DNA of 64,000 bases from Pseudonocardiales bacterium (GCA_019243635.1 JAFAUB010000049.1:2722-66721), one strand, 5' to 3'; positions 1 through 9,572 are shown, counted from the first letter of the stretch. The notes: generated from the sequence alone by a model not told the origin. Numbers and translations: made by a program.

Positions 1-432
1 CTCGCCCTCGCGGTCACCGTCGGTGGCGAGATAGAGTTCGTCGGCGCTTTTGAGCGCATTGCGCAGCTCGGTGACCGTGGAGCGCTTGTCCGGAGTGATG
101 ATGTACAGCGGCTCGAAGGCGTGGTCGACGTCCACGCCCAGCCGCGCCCAGGGCTCGCCCTTGTACTTGGCGGGCACATCGGCGGCACCCCCGGGCAGGT
201 CCCGGATGTGCCCCCGCGAGGACTCCACGACGTAACCCGACCCGAGGTAGGAAGCGATCTTGCGAGCCTTCGCGGGTGACTCCACGATCACCAGACGACG
301 CCCGGAGCCGTTGGACCGAGCCGGATGAACGGGCCCAGCAGAGGGCGCGGCAACGGACCCGGCCGCAGTGGTGCCGCGCTTGCCCCGGCCGGACGTGCCG
401 CTCGGACCTGACGCAGTTCTCGATCGTGCCAC
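1..432 (-). CDS. topA: DNA topoisomerase I, N-terminal part (continues beyond window start)
   Basis: Own minus-strand translation from GTG at 432: ...RRLVIVESPAKARKIASYLGSGYVVESSRGHIRDLP...ELYLATDGDREGE, the Toprim/TopA N-terminal signature. GAGGTG Shine-Dalgarno lies about 9 nt upstream. Absent from the ORF track because there is no stop inside the window. Confidence 0.85.
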   Translation of the reverse strand, partial: MARSRTASGPSGTSGRGKRGTTAAGSVAAPSAGPVHPARSNGSGRRLVIVESPAKARKIASYLGSGYVVESSRGHIRDLPGGAADVPAKYKGEPWARLGVDVDHAFEPLYIITPDKRSTVTELRNALKSADELYLATDGDREGE

Positions 433-594
433 GCTCAACTCACCTCGGTGTGCGAACTCCTGGTGCCCCGGTCCCGCGCCCCAGTGTGCACAACCCGGCA
501 AACCTGGGGGGCAGTCAGCGTCGCACAACCCGTCGCGAACAACCAGCAGTCTTGGGTGACGCCACGCGGGTCAGTCAGCGCGTCGGTGCGTCTG

Positions 595-1152
595 TCAGTG
601 TCCCGCGCCGGCGCTCAGTCGCTGGCAGGCTGGCGCGCTCCGAAACGCGGGCGCTAGCTCCTTGTTGCTGGTCAGGTTCCGCATCTGGTCGCTGGCCGCA
701 CCGAGGTCGGGGCCGGCGAGGTGGCTGGCCTTCTGCACGAAGTCCGGGTCTTTCGCGTCCAACGCGGCGAGCCTCGCGCGCTGGCCGCCGACGGTCCCGG
801 CCGCGGTGGTGAAGAAACCCACCGCGGTGTCCTGAACCCGCTTGCCGTCGACGATCCGCGGCTGGCCGAGCTGTTCGAGCTTGCGGGCGGTGGTGGCGAA
901 CGCCTGCTGGGCGATATCAGAGAACTCGAGCAGTCCGTCCTTCTGACCCTGCGGGGTCGGCTGCGCCTTCGCGATCGCGGACACTCCGGCGAGCACATCA
1001 CCGAGACCACCGCAGAACGCACCCGCCCAGGCCACCGGGTCAGAACCCTGGGGGGCGGCCGGCTTGGGTGTGGGGTCGGCAGAGCCGCATCCGGCCAGAC
1101 CCAAGGCGAGAGCCACGATGACGACGCGGGAGCGATGATCAGATGCGAGCAC
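595..1152 (-). CDS. putative secreted lipoprotein, function unknown
   Basis: 185-aa ORF with a lipoprotein signal peptide and lipobox (VALALGLAGC-GS). High GC3. No recognisable catalytic motif. Confidence 0.5.
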   Translation of the reverse strand: MLASDHRSRVVIVALALGLAGCGSADPTPKPAAPQGSDPVAWAGAFCGGLGDVLAGVSAIAKAQPTPQGQKDGLLEFSDIAQQAFATTARKLEQLGQPRIVDGKRVQDTAVGFFTTAAGTVGGQRARLAALDAKDPDFVQKASHLAGPDLGAASDQMRNLTSNKELAPAFRSAPACQRLSAGAGH

Positions 1153-1196
1153 ACCAGGAGTGTAGCGACGACCTGACGGTGCCCATGACCGAGGAC

Positions 1197-3494
1197 TTAC
1201 GCGATGACCTGGGCGGGCGGCGAGGTGTCCACCAGCGAGGTAGACCGCCGCTTGGACACCACCACCGCAACCACGATCACCGCCGCAGCGACCACGGCGA
1301 TACCCACCCGCAGCGCAGCCGAGTTCCCGACCACCGAGATCGTGACGATCGCGGGCGCGATCAGCACCGAGACCAGGTTCATCACCTTGATCAGTGGGTT
1401 GATGGCCGGACCGGCGGTGTCCTTGAACGGGTCGCCTACGGTGTCACCGATCACGGTGGCGGCGTGCGCATCGGAGCCCTTGCCGCCGTGGTTGCCGTCT
1501 TCGACCAGCTTCTTGGCGTTGTCCCAGGCACCGCCGGAGTTGGCGAGGAAGATCGCCATCAGGGTGCCGGTGATGATCGCCCCGGCCAGGAAGCCGGCCA
1601 GCGGGCCGACGCCGAGGCCGAATCCCACCGCAACCGGGGACAGCACGGCGAGTAGGCCAGGGGTGGTCAGCTCACGCAGTGAGTCCTTGGTGCAGATGTC
1701 GACCACTCGCCCGTACTCGGGTCGCACCGACCCGTCCATGATGCCGGGGTTCTCGCGGAACTGCCGGCGCACCTCGTAGACCACGGCGCCGGCCGCCCGG
1801 GACACCGCGTTGATGGCCAGGCCGGAGAACATGAACACCACGGCGGCGCCGATGGTCAGGCCGACCAGGACGTTGGGCACCGAGACGTTGAACACCGCGT
1901 TCAGGTCCAGGTTCGCGGCCGCCGACCGGATGGCGTCGCGGTAGGAGCCGAACAGCGCGGTCGCGGCGAGCACCGCGGTGGCGATCGCGATGCCCTTGGT
2001 GATCGCCTTGGTGGTGTTGCCCACGGCGTCGAGCTCGGTGAGGATGGCCACCCCCTCGCCCTCGACGTCGCCGGACATCTCGGCGATTCCCTGGGCGTTG
2101 TCGCTGACCGGGCCGAAGGTGTCCATCGCGACGATGACGCCGACTGTGGTCAGCAGGCCGGTCCCGGCCAGCGCGACCGCGAACAGCGAGACGGTGACCG
2201 ACACGGACAGCAGGTATGCCGTGTACACCGCGCCGCCGATCACCAGCGCGGTGTACACCGCCGACTCGAAACCGATCGAGATCCCGGACAGGATCACCGT
2301 GGCGGCGCCGGTCAGCGAGCTGGTGCCGACGTCGCGGACCGGTCGGTGCTCGGTGCCGGTGAAGTAGCCGGTCAGCCACAGGATGACCCCGGCCAGCACG
2401 ATGCCGATGATCACGGCGACCGCTGCGGTCACCGCCGGGCTGCCGGGGATCTGGTCACTCGGCCGACCGTCGATCTGGGTGACACCGGCCAGGGCGCTGA
2501 AGGTGCTGGGCAGGTAGAGGAAGGCGGCTATCGTGCAGGACAGCGCCGAGATCGTCGCCGCGATGTAGAAGGAGCGGTTGATCGCGCGCAGTCCCGGCTC
2601 GCCGGCCCTCGCCCGGGTGACGTACACCCCGATCACCGCGGTCACCACGCCGACCGCCGGCACGATCAGCGGGAACAGCAGGCCCTTGAGACCGAATGCC
2701 GCGCTGCCCAGGATCAGCGCCGCGACCAGCGTCACCGCATACGACTCGAAAAGGTCGGCGGCCATGCCGGCGCAGTCGCCGACGTTGTCCCCGACGTTGT
2801 CGGCGATGGTGGCGGCGTTGCGCGGGTCGTCCTCAGGGATGCCCGCCTCGACCTTGCCGACCAGGTCACCACCCACGTCGGCGGCCTTGGTGAAGATGCC
2901 GCCGCCGACCCGCATGAACATGGCGAGCAGCGCGGCACCGAAACCGAAGCCCTCCAGCACCCGGGGGGCGTGACCGGCGTAGACCAGCACCACCAGGGAG
3001 GCACCGAACAGCCCAAGGCCCACAGTGGCCATGCCGACCACGCCACCGGTGCGAAACGCGATCCGCATCGCCTTCTCCCGGCCGCCGGACTCGTTGGACG
3101 CCGCCGCGACCCGGATGTTCGCTCGGGTGGACAGCCACATGCCCATGTAGCCGATCGACGCCGAGAACAGCGCTCCGGCCAGGAAGAAGACCGAGCGACC
3201 GACCCGCTCGCTGACCCCCTCGGCGGGCAGCACGAACAACACCAGAAAGACGACCACAGCGAACCCGGAGAGCGTCTTGAACTGGCGGTTCAGGTAAGCC
3301 GAGGCGCCTTCCTGCACCGCTCGGCCGATCTCCCGCATACGCGGGGTGCCCTGGGACGCGGCCAGTACCTCTCGCATCAGTACGGCGCCGACGGCCAGCG
3401 CGGCGAGAGCGACCACCGCGACTACACCGACAACGGTGTAGTCACCCCCGCTCAGCTCGAGACCCCCACCCTGGGTGAGGATGAACCCGGCCAT
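1197..3494 (-). CDS. hppA: membrane-bound proton-translocating pyrophosphatase
   Basis: 765-aa polytopic protein with H+-PPase signatures GGIFTKAADVGGDLVGKVE, IADNVGDNVGDCAGMAADLFESY and DTVGDPFKDTAGPAINPLIKV. Confidence 0.95.
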   Translation of the reverse strand: MAGFILTQGGGLELSGGDYTVVGVVAVVALAALAVGAVLMREVLAASQGTPRMREIGRAVQEGASAYLNRQFKTLSGFAVVVFLVLFVLPAEGVSERVGRSVFFLAGALFSASIGYMGMWLSTRANIRVAAASNESGGREKAMRIAFRTGGVVGMATVGLGLFGASLVVLVYAGHAPRVLEGFGFGAALLAMFMRVGGGIFTKAADVGGDLVGKVEAGIPEDDPRNAATIADNVGDNVGDCAGMAADLFESYAVTLVAALILGSAAFGLKGLLFPLIVPAVGVVTAVIGVYVTRARAGEPGLRAINRSFYIAATISALSCTIAAFLYLPSTFSALAGVTQIDGRPSDQIPGSPAVTAAVAVIIGIVLAGVILWLTGYFTGTEHRPVRDVGTSSLTGAATVILSGISIGFESAVYTALVIGGAVYTAYLLSVSVTVSLFAVALAGTGLLTTVGVIVAMDTFGPVSDNAQGIAEMSGDVEGEGVAILTELDAVGNTTKAITKGIAIATAVLAATALFGSYRDAIRSAAANLDLNAVFNVSVPNVLVGLTIGAAVVFMFSGLAINAVSRAAGAVVYEVRRQFRENPGIMDGSVRPEYGRVVDICTKDSLRELTTPGLLAVLSPVAVGFGLGVGPLAGFLAGAIITGTLMAIFLANSGGAWDNAKKLVEDGNHGGKGSDAHAATVIGDTVGDPFKDTAGPAINPLIKVMNLVSVLIAPAIVTISVVGNSAALRVGIAVVAAAVIVVAVVVSKRRSTSLVDTSPPAQVIA

Positions 3495-3767
3495 CTGTCC
3501 TCCTGGTTTTCGTGCAGCGCACCACCGGGGCCGCCCCGCGAGACGGCCTCACGGCCGGCCAGTTTAGGCCTGCCGTCGCTGCTCACCTCCGCCGGTGTCG
3601 CTGGTGAGCACAATCGAGCGGCCCCACAGGGTGATCCGACCACCGGCCGGGGCCCTGCCGTGCGTGCGCCAGTCGCACCACCGCAGGTTTCGCGGACCGG
3701 CGATGGACGGCGCCCAGTCCCCGGTGAACGTCCGTTGCTGCCGGGCCGGTCGGGCTCGCAGGACCAT

Positions 3768-3828
3768 GATCACCGTTTGGGTGCCGTCTGCGACATCCAG
3801 TGTCGTCTCCGGCACCCAAACCGTGATC
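3768..3828. repeat. 61-nt near-perfect palindrome (19-bp arms with a nested 5-bp hairpin)
   Basis: gatcaccgtttgggtgccg (3768-3786) is the reverse complement of cggcacccaaaccgtgatc (3810-3828) with one mismatch. An inner cgaca/tgtcg hairpin sits at 3791-3805. It lies in the hppA-helicase intergenic region. Confidence 0.7.
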
Positions 3829-4003
3829 ACGCCGCCCTGGCGGTCGACCGGGTTTCACCCCGACTCGACAAGGGGTGCGCCCGTGGCCAGAAACCGGGGA
3901 CACACCGTGAGCGTCGCCGTCCCGAGCCCCGTCGCTCCCCTGGCGGGAAGACGTTAGCGTGCGGGGCGAGGACGTGTAGGAGCGGGCGGGAGGTGGGAGG
4001 CCG

Positions 4004-6358
4004 GTGCAGCGCGGTGACGGGCGCGGGGAGGCCCTGCTGCGGCGGCTGCTCGCCGGCGGAGCAGGCAGTCCGACCCCCGCGTCGGGTGGTGAGTCACCGC
4101 TGCGGCACGTCACGACGATTCCCGGCCGGGCGGCGACGACGGTGGGATGGCCTTCCTGGGTGCCGGACCGGCTTCGCGAGTCGCTTGCCGCGGCGGGCGT
4201 GACCGCACCGTGGGCGCATCAGGTCGCCGTCGCGGAACTGGCTCGGGCGGGCCGCCATGTCGTGGTCGCTACGGGGACCGCGTCCGGCAAGTCGCTGGCC
4301 TACCAGCTGCCGGTGCTCGCCCATCTACTGGCCGACCAGCGGGCCACCGCGCTGTATCTCGCTCCCACCAAGGCATTGGGGGCTGACCAGATCCGGGCGG
4401 TGACCGCCCTGGGCTTGGCTGGGGTGCGGCCGGCCGGCTACGACGGCGACACCCCGATGGCACAGCGGGACTGGGTGCGCTCGCATGCCCGGTGGGTGTT
4501 CACCAACCCGGACATGGTGCACCACGGCCTGCTCGCCCGACATGACCGCTGGGCGCGCCTGCTCCGGCGGCTGCGTTTTGTGGTGATCGACGAGTGTCAC
4601 GCCTACCGCGGGGTGTTCGGCTCGCACGTCGCCCTGCTGCTGCGCCGGTTGCGGCGTCTCGCCGCGCGCTACGGCGCGGCGCCGGTGTTCGTGCTCGCGT
4701 CGGCGACGGTCGCGGACCCGGGTGTCTCGGCGTCCCGGCTCACCGGTCTGGACACGGTGACCGTCACCGAGGACGCCTCCCCGTGCGGCGAGCGCACCGT
4801 GGCGCTGTGGGAGCCGCCACTGCTGGCGGAGCTGACCGGTGAGAACGGTGCGCCGGTGCGCCGCTCGGCGGGCGCGGAAGCCGCTCGGCTGTTGGCTGAT
4901 CTGGTGATCGAAGGTGCCCGCACCGTGGTGTTCGTCCGTTCCCGACGGGGCGCCGAACTGACCGCGCTGGGGGCCCAGCGGGCGCTGAGCGCCGCCGCTG
5001 CGGATGGGCTCGCCTCCCGGGTGGCCGCCTACCGTGCGGGCTATCTCCCGGAGGAGCGCCGGGCGCTGGAGACCGCGCTGGACTCTGGGGAGCTGCTCGG
5101 GGTCGCCTCGACCAACGCGCTGGAGCTGGGGGTGGACATCGCCGGGCTCGACGCGGTGGTGCTCGCCGGTTATCCCGGCACCCGGGCGTCGTTCTGGCAG
5201 CAGGCCGGGCGGGCGGGCCGGGCCGGGTCGGGGGCGCTCGTGGTGTTCATCGCCCGGGATGACCCGCTGGACACCTACCTGGTGCACCACAGTGCCGCTC
5301 TGCTCGGTACGGCGGTTGAGGCCACTGTGCTGGACCCGACGAACCCCTACGTGCTGCGACCGCAGCTGGCCTGCGCGGCGGCTGAGCTGCCACTGACTGA
5401 CGCCTGCGTCGAGGAGCTGGGTGGTGAGGCAGCCCGTGCCGTCGTCACCGACCTGGTCGCCGAAGGGACGCTGCGCCGCCGTCCCGGCGGCTGGTTCTGG
5501 GCCGGCGGCGCGGCGTCGCCTGGGCGCCGGAGTCCGCACCCCGAGGTCGACATCCGCGGTTGCGGCGGCCACCAGGTGACGGTGGTGGAGGCCGACACCG
5601 GCCGCCTGCTCGGCACTGTCGACCGTGAGTCGGCCTGCGCAGCGGTGCATCCGGGTGCGGTGTACCTGCATCGGGGTGACTCCTTCGTGGTCGACGAGCT
5701 GGATCTGGACTCCGGTGTCGCGCTGGTGCACGCCGAGGAGCCGCAGTGGCATACCTCGGCTCGCTCCACCACCGACATCCGCGTGGTATCGGTGCTGGGG
5801 GCGCTGCGGTCGGGCGGGGTGTCGGTGGCGCTGGGCGAGGTGGAGGTGACCTCGCGGGTGGTGGGCTACCTGCGGCGGCTGCCCTCGGGCCAGGTGCTCG
5901 ACGCTGTGCCGGTGGAGCTGCCGCCGTCCACGCTGCGCACCAGGGCGGTGTGGTTCACGGTCCGCGAGGAGTCGCTCGAGGCCGCCGGGTTGGCCCCAGC
6001 CGCGTGGCCCGGGGCGTTGCACGCCGCCGAGCACGCCGCGATCGGCCTGCTGCCGCTGCTCGCCACCTGTGATCGGTGGGACATCGGTGGCGTCTCCACC
6101 GTGCGGCACCCGGATACCGAAGAGCCGACGGTCTTCGTGTATGACGGGCATCCCGGTGGCGCCGGGTTCGTCGACCGGGCTCACGCCGCGCTGCGACCCT
6201 GGCTCACGGCGACCCGAGATGCCATCGCTGCATGCGAGTGCCCGGTGGGCTGCCCCTCCTGCGTGCAGTCGCCCAAATGCGGTAACGGCAACGACCCACT
6301 GGACAAGGTCGGCGCGATCACCGTGCTCGACGCCGTGCTCGCCGCACTGCGCAGCTGA
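4004..6358 (+). CDS. DEAD/DEAH-box helicase with C-terminal DUF1998 zinc-ribbon (Rv3649/MrfA-like 'helicase/secretion neighbourhood' helicase)
   Basis: Walker A TGTASGKSLAY, DECH box (VVIDECHAYRG), motif VI QQAGRAGR, C-terminal CECPVGCPSCVQSPKCGNGNDPLDK. Sits next to the Tad-like locus, as described for this family. Confidence 0.9.
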   Translation: MQRGDGRGEALLRRLLAGGAGSPTPASGGESPLRHVTTIPGRAATTVGWPSWVPDRLRESLAAAGVTAPWAHQVAVAELARAGRHVVVATGTASGKSLAYQLPVLAHLLADQRATALYLAPTKALGADQIRAVTALGLAGVRPAGYDGDTPMAQRDWVRSHARWVFTNPDMVHHGLLARHDRWARLLRRLRFVVIDECHAYRGVFGSHVALLLRRLRRLAARYGAAPVFVLASATVADPGVSASRLTGLDTVTVTEDASPCGERTVALWEPPLLAELTGENGAPVRRSAGAEAARLLADLVIEGARTVVFVRSRRGAELTALGAQRALSAAAADGLASRVAAYRAGYLPEERRALETALDSGELLGVASTNALELGVDIAGLDAVVLAGYPGTRASFWQQAGRAGRAGSGALVVFIARDDPLDTYLVHHSAALLGTAVEATVLDPTNPYVLRPQLACAAAELPLTDACVEELGGEAARAVVTDLVAEGTLRRRPGGWFWAGGAASPGRRSPHPEVDIRGCGGHQVTVVEADTGRLLGTVDRESACAAVHPGAVYLHRGDSFVVDELDLDSGVALVHAEEPQWHTSARSTTDIRVVSVLGALRSGGVSVALGEVEVTSRVVGYLRRLPSGQVLDAVPVELPPSTLRTRAVWFTVREESLEAAGLAPAAWPGALHAAEHAAIGLLPLLATCDRWDIGGVSTVRHPDTEEPTVFVYDGHPGGAGFVDRAHAALRPWLTATRDAIAACECPVGCPSCVQSPKCGNGNDPLDKVGAITVLDAVLAALRS

Positions 6359-6473
6359 GGATGTACTCGCGATAAGGATCGCTGAGGCCCAGCCAGGGAC
6401 CGATCCGCAACGATGCGGGAGCCGCTGTATCCTCGCCGCATATCGCCACGTGCCCGCCGGCTATCGTGTGACC

Positions 6474-6838
6474 ATGTCCTCTCCCGCCGCGATTGGAAGA
6501 CCGGCGCTACCTCCGTTGCCCGGTGCCGAGCCTCGTGAAATCCGCGCATCGTTGCACCCGGAGTACTGCGGGGAGCTCGGCCGGGGATTATCGGGAGGCG
6601 TTGGCCGAGGCCGGGCGGATGCTCGACCTGGAGGGCATCTACGACACGCTGGAGCATCGGCGGATGCGTTGGTGGATCACGCGGGACAAGCAGGAGCACC
6701 GCCGGGTCGTGCGGCGTGCCGTCGAACTGTTCACCGGGCAGGAACCGCCTGTGGATGAGTCGACGACCGTCACCGAGACCCGGTGTTTCGGGCTCCGCCT
6801 ACATCCACAACAGCATCGACCAAGTCGTGATCTTCGGT
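6474..6838 (+). pseudogene. DUF6247-like small protein, frameshifted, with its 3' end running into the IS630 element
   Basis: MSSPAAIGRPALPPLPGAEPREIRASLHPEYCGELGR is in one frame. DYREALAEAGRMLDLEGIYDTLEHRRMRWWITRDKQEHRRVVRRAVELFTGQEPPVDES continues in another, switching at the G-run near 6585. Family call is from memory of DUF6247 proteins (..LLTGEDxPxDEP..). Confidence 0.3.
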
Positions 6839-6840
6839 TA

Positions 6841-7901
6841 CTAAGGCGATCGAAAGTAGCTAGACCGACTAGCCGGGTTACTTGATGTAGCTGAGGCATG
6901 GGTCCTGAAGAATGCGCGAACAAGCTCGGGTAAGCGTTGGGGGCGCGGGAGCGCGGATTCAGCTTTGTCGCGCAGGTCGTTGAAGGACGTGATGGCGGTC
7001 TTGCCGACACGGTCATGTTCGACGTTCTTCCAGACTCATTCATCGGGATTGGGATCCGGTGAGTAGGGTGGGAGAAAGAACAGGCGAAGCCTGCCTTGGG
7101 TTGAGGCGGCGAGTCTTTGACCGCGCGGGAGCGGTGGACAGGGTGTCCGTCGATGACGAGGAAGACGATACCGCCGTCATCATGGAGCAGCTCGCAGCAG
7201 TAGGTGATGAACACGTCGGCGTTCATTTCTCCGGTGAAGGTCGTGAAGCGTATCGCCCCCTTGGCGGTGACCGCGTAGATCATGTTGATCGAGTGTCGGG
7301 TGCCGGTGGTCACCACGATCGGTGTCTGTCCGATCGGTGCCCACGTGGTACCGGAGTGGTAGTCCGAGCGCAGGGCGGTCTCATCGGCGAGGTACACGGT
7401 GGCGCCAACCCGCGCGGCTTCGTCTCGGATCGCTGGGTACTGCTCAGCACGCCGGCGGGCCACCCGCTCGGGGTCTTGTCGGGTGGCCCGGTGTAGCGGG
7501 CGCTGTGGTGACATCCCGACTCCTCGGAGGATCCGTCCCACCGAGCTGACTGAGAGCTCGACACCGAACCGTGTGGCGATGACCTGCCTCACCAGATCAC
7601 GGGTCCATAGCGCGAAGTCCAGTTGATACCGCGCCGGGTTCGAACCGGCGATCATGGTGAACGGCATTCTCGTCTGCGCCCGAGTGAGTTTCGGTGGGCG
7701 CCCCGGAACAGGGTTCGCCCGCAAGGCCTCCGCGCCGCCTTCTCGGTACGCCGCGACCCACCCGAAAACCGTCGATCGGTTGAAGCCGAGACTGGCCGCG
7801 ACATCCTCTGCCCGGGCGCCGTCCTCGATTTGCTCGCACGCCCGAACCCGAATCGCTTCCAGTGTGGCGTGATCCAGCTTTCGACCATCGTTATCCCGCA
7901 T
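6841..7901 (-). pseudogene. IS630-family DDE transposase, disrupted by a frameshift and an in-frame TGA
   Basis: The N-terminal 290 aa are intact (HTH; YLADETALR; FLVIDGHPVHRS). Near 7110-7118 the frame shifts; the other frame reads LRLFFLPPYSPDPNPDE*VWKNVEHDRVGK. TGA at 7036-7038 replaces the conserved Trp of the DEW motif. Confidence 0.8.
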
Positions 7902-7956
7902 GGGAGAATTAAACCACAAGTAGGCCACCGAGTCCACCTGCTTTCGATCTCCTTGG
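6841..7956 (-). mobile_element. IS630-family insertion sequence (about 1.1 kb) flanked by a TA target duplication
   Basis: Imperfect roughly 38-bp terminal inverted repeats: ctaaggcgatcgaaagtagctagaccgact... (from 6841) versus the reverse complement of ...agtccacctgctttcgatctccttgg (to 7956). TA at 6839-6840 and 7957-7958. Internal DDE transposase ORF. Confidence 0.8.
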
Positions 7957-8392
7957 TAACGTCGGTGACCCGCGACTGTCTGAGGCCGGCTACCCTCACT
8001 GCGCGGAATGCCACGTTCGTGTCCTTGGTGGCAGTGGTCGCCGACACCACAGCGTACCTGCCAGAACTTGCCGGATTCGTATTCGTGACAATGCTCGCGG
8101 CCACGGTAACTAGCGTCTTCACGGCGAGAAATGACGTGTCACGTGTCCCTCATCCTCGTCTGCCTGAGCTGCTACTGTACAACGGCGTCGAAAAGTGTTC
8201 GCTACAGTCTGGCACTCCGAGCTGTGGAGTCCTTGGATGGTCTGTCTGTCAAGCTCGGGTACGGAACTGGTGAGTTCGCGAAATCAAGTGTCGCGTGTTT
8301 GATGCTGCCCACCCAGTGAGTTCAGCGGGTGTGATCACCGGCTGGTGGCGGGTCCAGGTTCCGCCGAGCTCGTGACTAGCGACCAAGGATCC

Positions 8393-8968
8393 CTAGCCGA
8401 GCCGACCCGTTGATGCGCCGATGTACCCGAGCGTGGCGCTTGCATCGAGCGCACCACCGGCTAGGAAGCTTCCCTCGCTCCTTCCGTCGTCTTGCCTGAT
8501 TTGCTCAACAACGGCCAATGCGGAAAATTCTCCGAATGGCTCCTTGGTGTCATAGGATGAGCGACCCGGCGCTTGCTGTTCACGGAAACCGTCAGGGCTA
8601 AAGTCTCCGGGTGTGGCGGCCGGCCCAGCGCGTGCTCGGCCGGTCGCCGCACCTAGACCACTAAGCCACCCGCCCGGCTGCGCTGTCACGTCTACCAGCA
8701 CGTCCCAGCCGAGTGTCCGGCAGGACACCAGCTGTACCCGCATCCGGTCGGTGACTCGGCGGGCCTGGGTGCAGGTGTACTGCTCACCGGCGAGAACCTG
8801 CCCGGCTCCCGCCAGCGCGGCCAGATCAGCTGCCGACTCGACTTGATGGCGGACGACCACCGCCTCACCAAGGCGCAACCCGAACACCGCCATGCTGACC
8901 AGCACCGCGATGGCTCCGGCCGCCCACACCGTGGCCACACCCCGGTCGCCATCGACGCATGCCGTCAT
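8393..8968 (-). CDS. TadE-like protein (Rv3654c family), with an atypical C-terminal extension
   Basis: N-terminus DRGVATVWAAGAIAVLVSMAVFGLRLG plus the conserved ADLAALAGA...C...A motif of helicase/secretion-neighbourhood TadE-like proteins. The last 70 codons or so (8393-8620) are lower in GC and compositionally different. Confidence 0.6.
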   Translation of the reverse strand: MTACVDGDRGVATVWAAGAIAVLVSMAVFGLRLGEAVVVRHQVESAADLAALAGAGQVLAGEQYTCTQARRVTDRMRVQLVSCRTLGWDVLVDVTAQPGGWLSGLGAATGRARAGPAATPGDFSPDGFREQQAPGRSSYDTKEPFGEFSALAVVEQIRQDDGRSEGSFLAGGALDASATLGYIGASTGRLG

Positions 8969-9351
8969 GGCACGTTTCCAGGTTCCAGTACCGCCGGTTC
9001 CAGTACCGCTGCCGCCTCGGCCCCGACTTCGATCCCGGGCAACAGCCCCGCCACCGGATTCGCCGACACTCGGGCGGTGATCTCGTCACCACGGACGGTC
9101 ACCGTTACCACCGCGTCGTGCGGGGCGATCCGCCGGGCGAGTTCCTCGGCGCGGTCCTGTTCACCTCGCGCGGTCAGCCGGGCCGCCTCCCGAGCGGCAT
9201 CGACGCAGCGTAACTGCGCGGCCACCGCCGACACTGCGGTCAGCACCAGGGCGAGTACGAAGACCAGCGAGCACAGGGCGAGCGCCGCCTCCACGGTGAC
9301 CATGCCCCGGTCGCCGGGAGGCGTTTTGTCGGCTCGGCCGACGGGAGCCAT
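8965..9351 (-). CDS. TadE-like pilus/secretion accessory protein (Rv3655c-like)
   Basis: Start chosen at MAPVGRADKTPPGDRGMVTVEAALALCSLVFVLALVL (TadE-type N-terminus). Its ATG overlaps the stop of the upstream pilin gene (TGATG). Confidence 0.65.
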   Translation of the reverse strand: MAPVGRADKTPPGDRGMVTVEAALALCSLVFVLALVLTAVSAVAAQLRCVDAAREAARLTARGEQDRAEELARRIAPHDAVVTVTVRGDEITARVSANPVAGLLPGIEVGAEAAAVLEPAVLEPGNVP

Positions 9352-9572
9352 CAAAACTTCACCGACAGCGCCCGCTGCACCAAATCGTTGAGTGCGCCGA
9401 CGATCGTGTCGCCGGTCACCACCTTGTAGAGGACCGCCGCGAAGGCCGCTGCGGCGATCGTCCCGATCGCGTACTCGACAGTGCTCATGCCGGCCTCGCC
9501 GCCCACCGCACCGGCCAGGCGGGCAACCACCAGCCGCCACCGTCGTGTCGCCACGCTGCATTCGATCGTCAT
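9351..9572 (-). CDS. Flp/DUF4244-type prepilin-like small protein (Rv3656c-like)
   Basis: 73-aa ORF containing GMSTVEYAIGTIAAAAFAAVLYKVV, a Flp-like hydrophobic helix after a G/x cleavage-type motif. The true start could be internal. Confidence 0.6.
   Translation of the reverse strand: MTIECSVATRRWRLVVARLAGAVGGEAGMSTVEYAIGTIAAAAFAAVLYKVVTGDTIVGALNDLVQRALSVKF

Noticed and set aside
3564-3830. 88-aa minus-strand ORF (VITVWVPETTLDV...) and its mirror 120-aa plus-strand ORF in the hppA-helicase spacer.
   Set aside because: Both start inside the arms of the 61-nt palindrome, which explains the shared MITVWVP. I recognise no family motif and there is no SD. GC3 is high, so a real small gene cannot be fully excluded.
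2346-4202. Very long track ORFs antisense to, or out of frame with, confident genes. Examples: 2346-4202, 4325-6184, 21057-23279, 36296-37930, 40104-42233, 45053-46993, 58841-60184.
   Set aside because: These are typical high-GC shadow ORFs. They are extremely Arg/Pro/Gly/His-rich with no motifs, and each fully overlaps a gene with strong family signatures on the other strand or frame.
7957-8392. Lower-GC spacer between the IS630 element and the TadE-like gene; track ORFs 7652-8122 and 7623-8273 cross the IS end.
   Set aside because: These ORFs only exist by reading through the IS inverted repeat. Joining the flanks in silico after removing the IS yields no convincing protein in either orientation.
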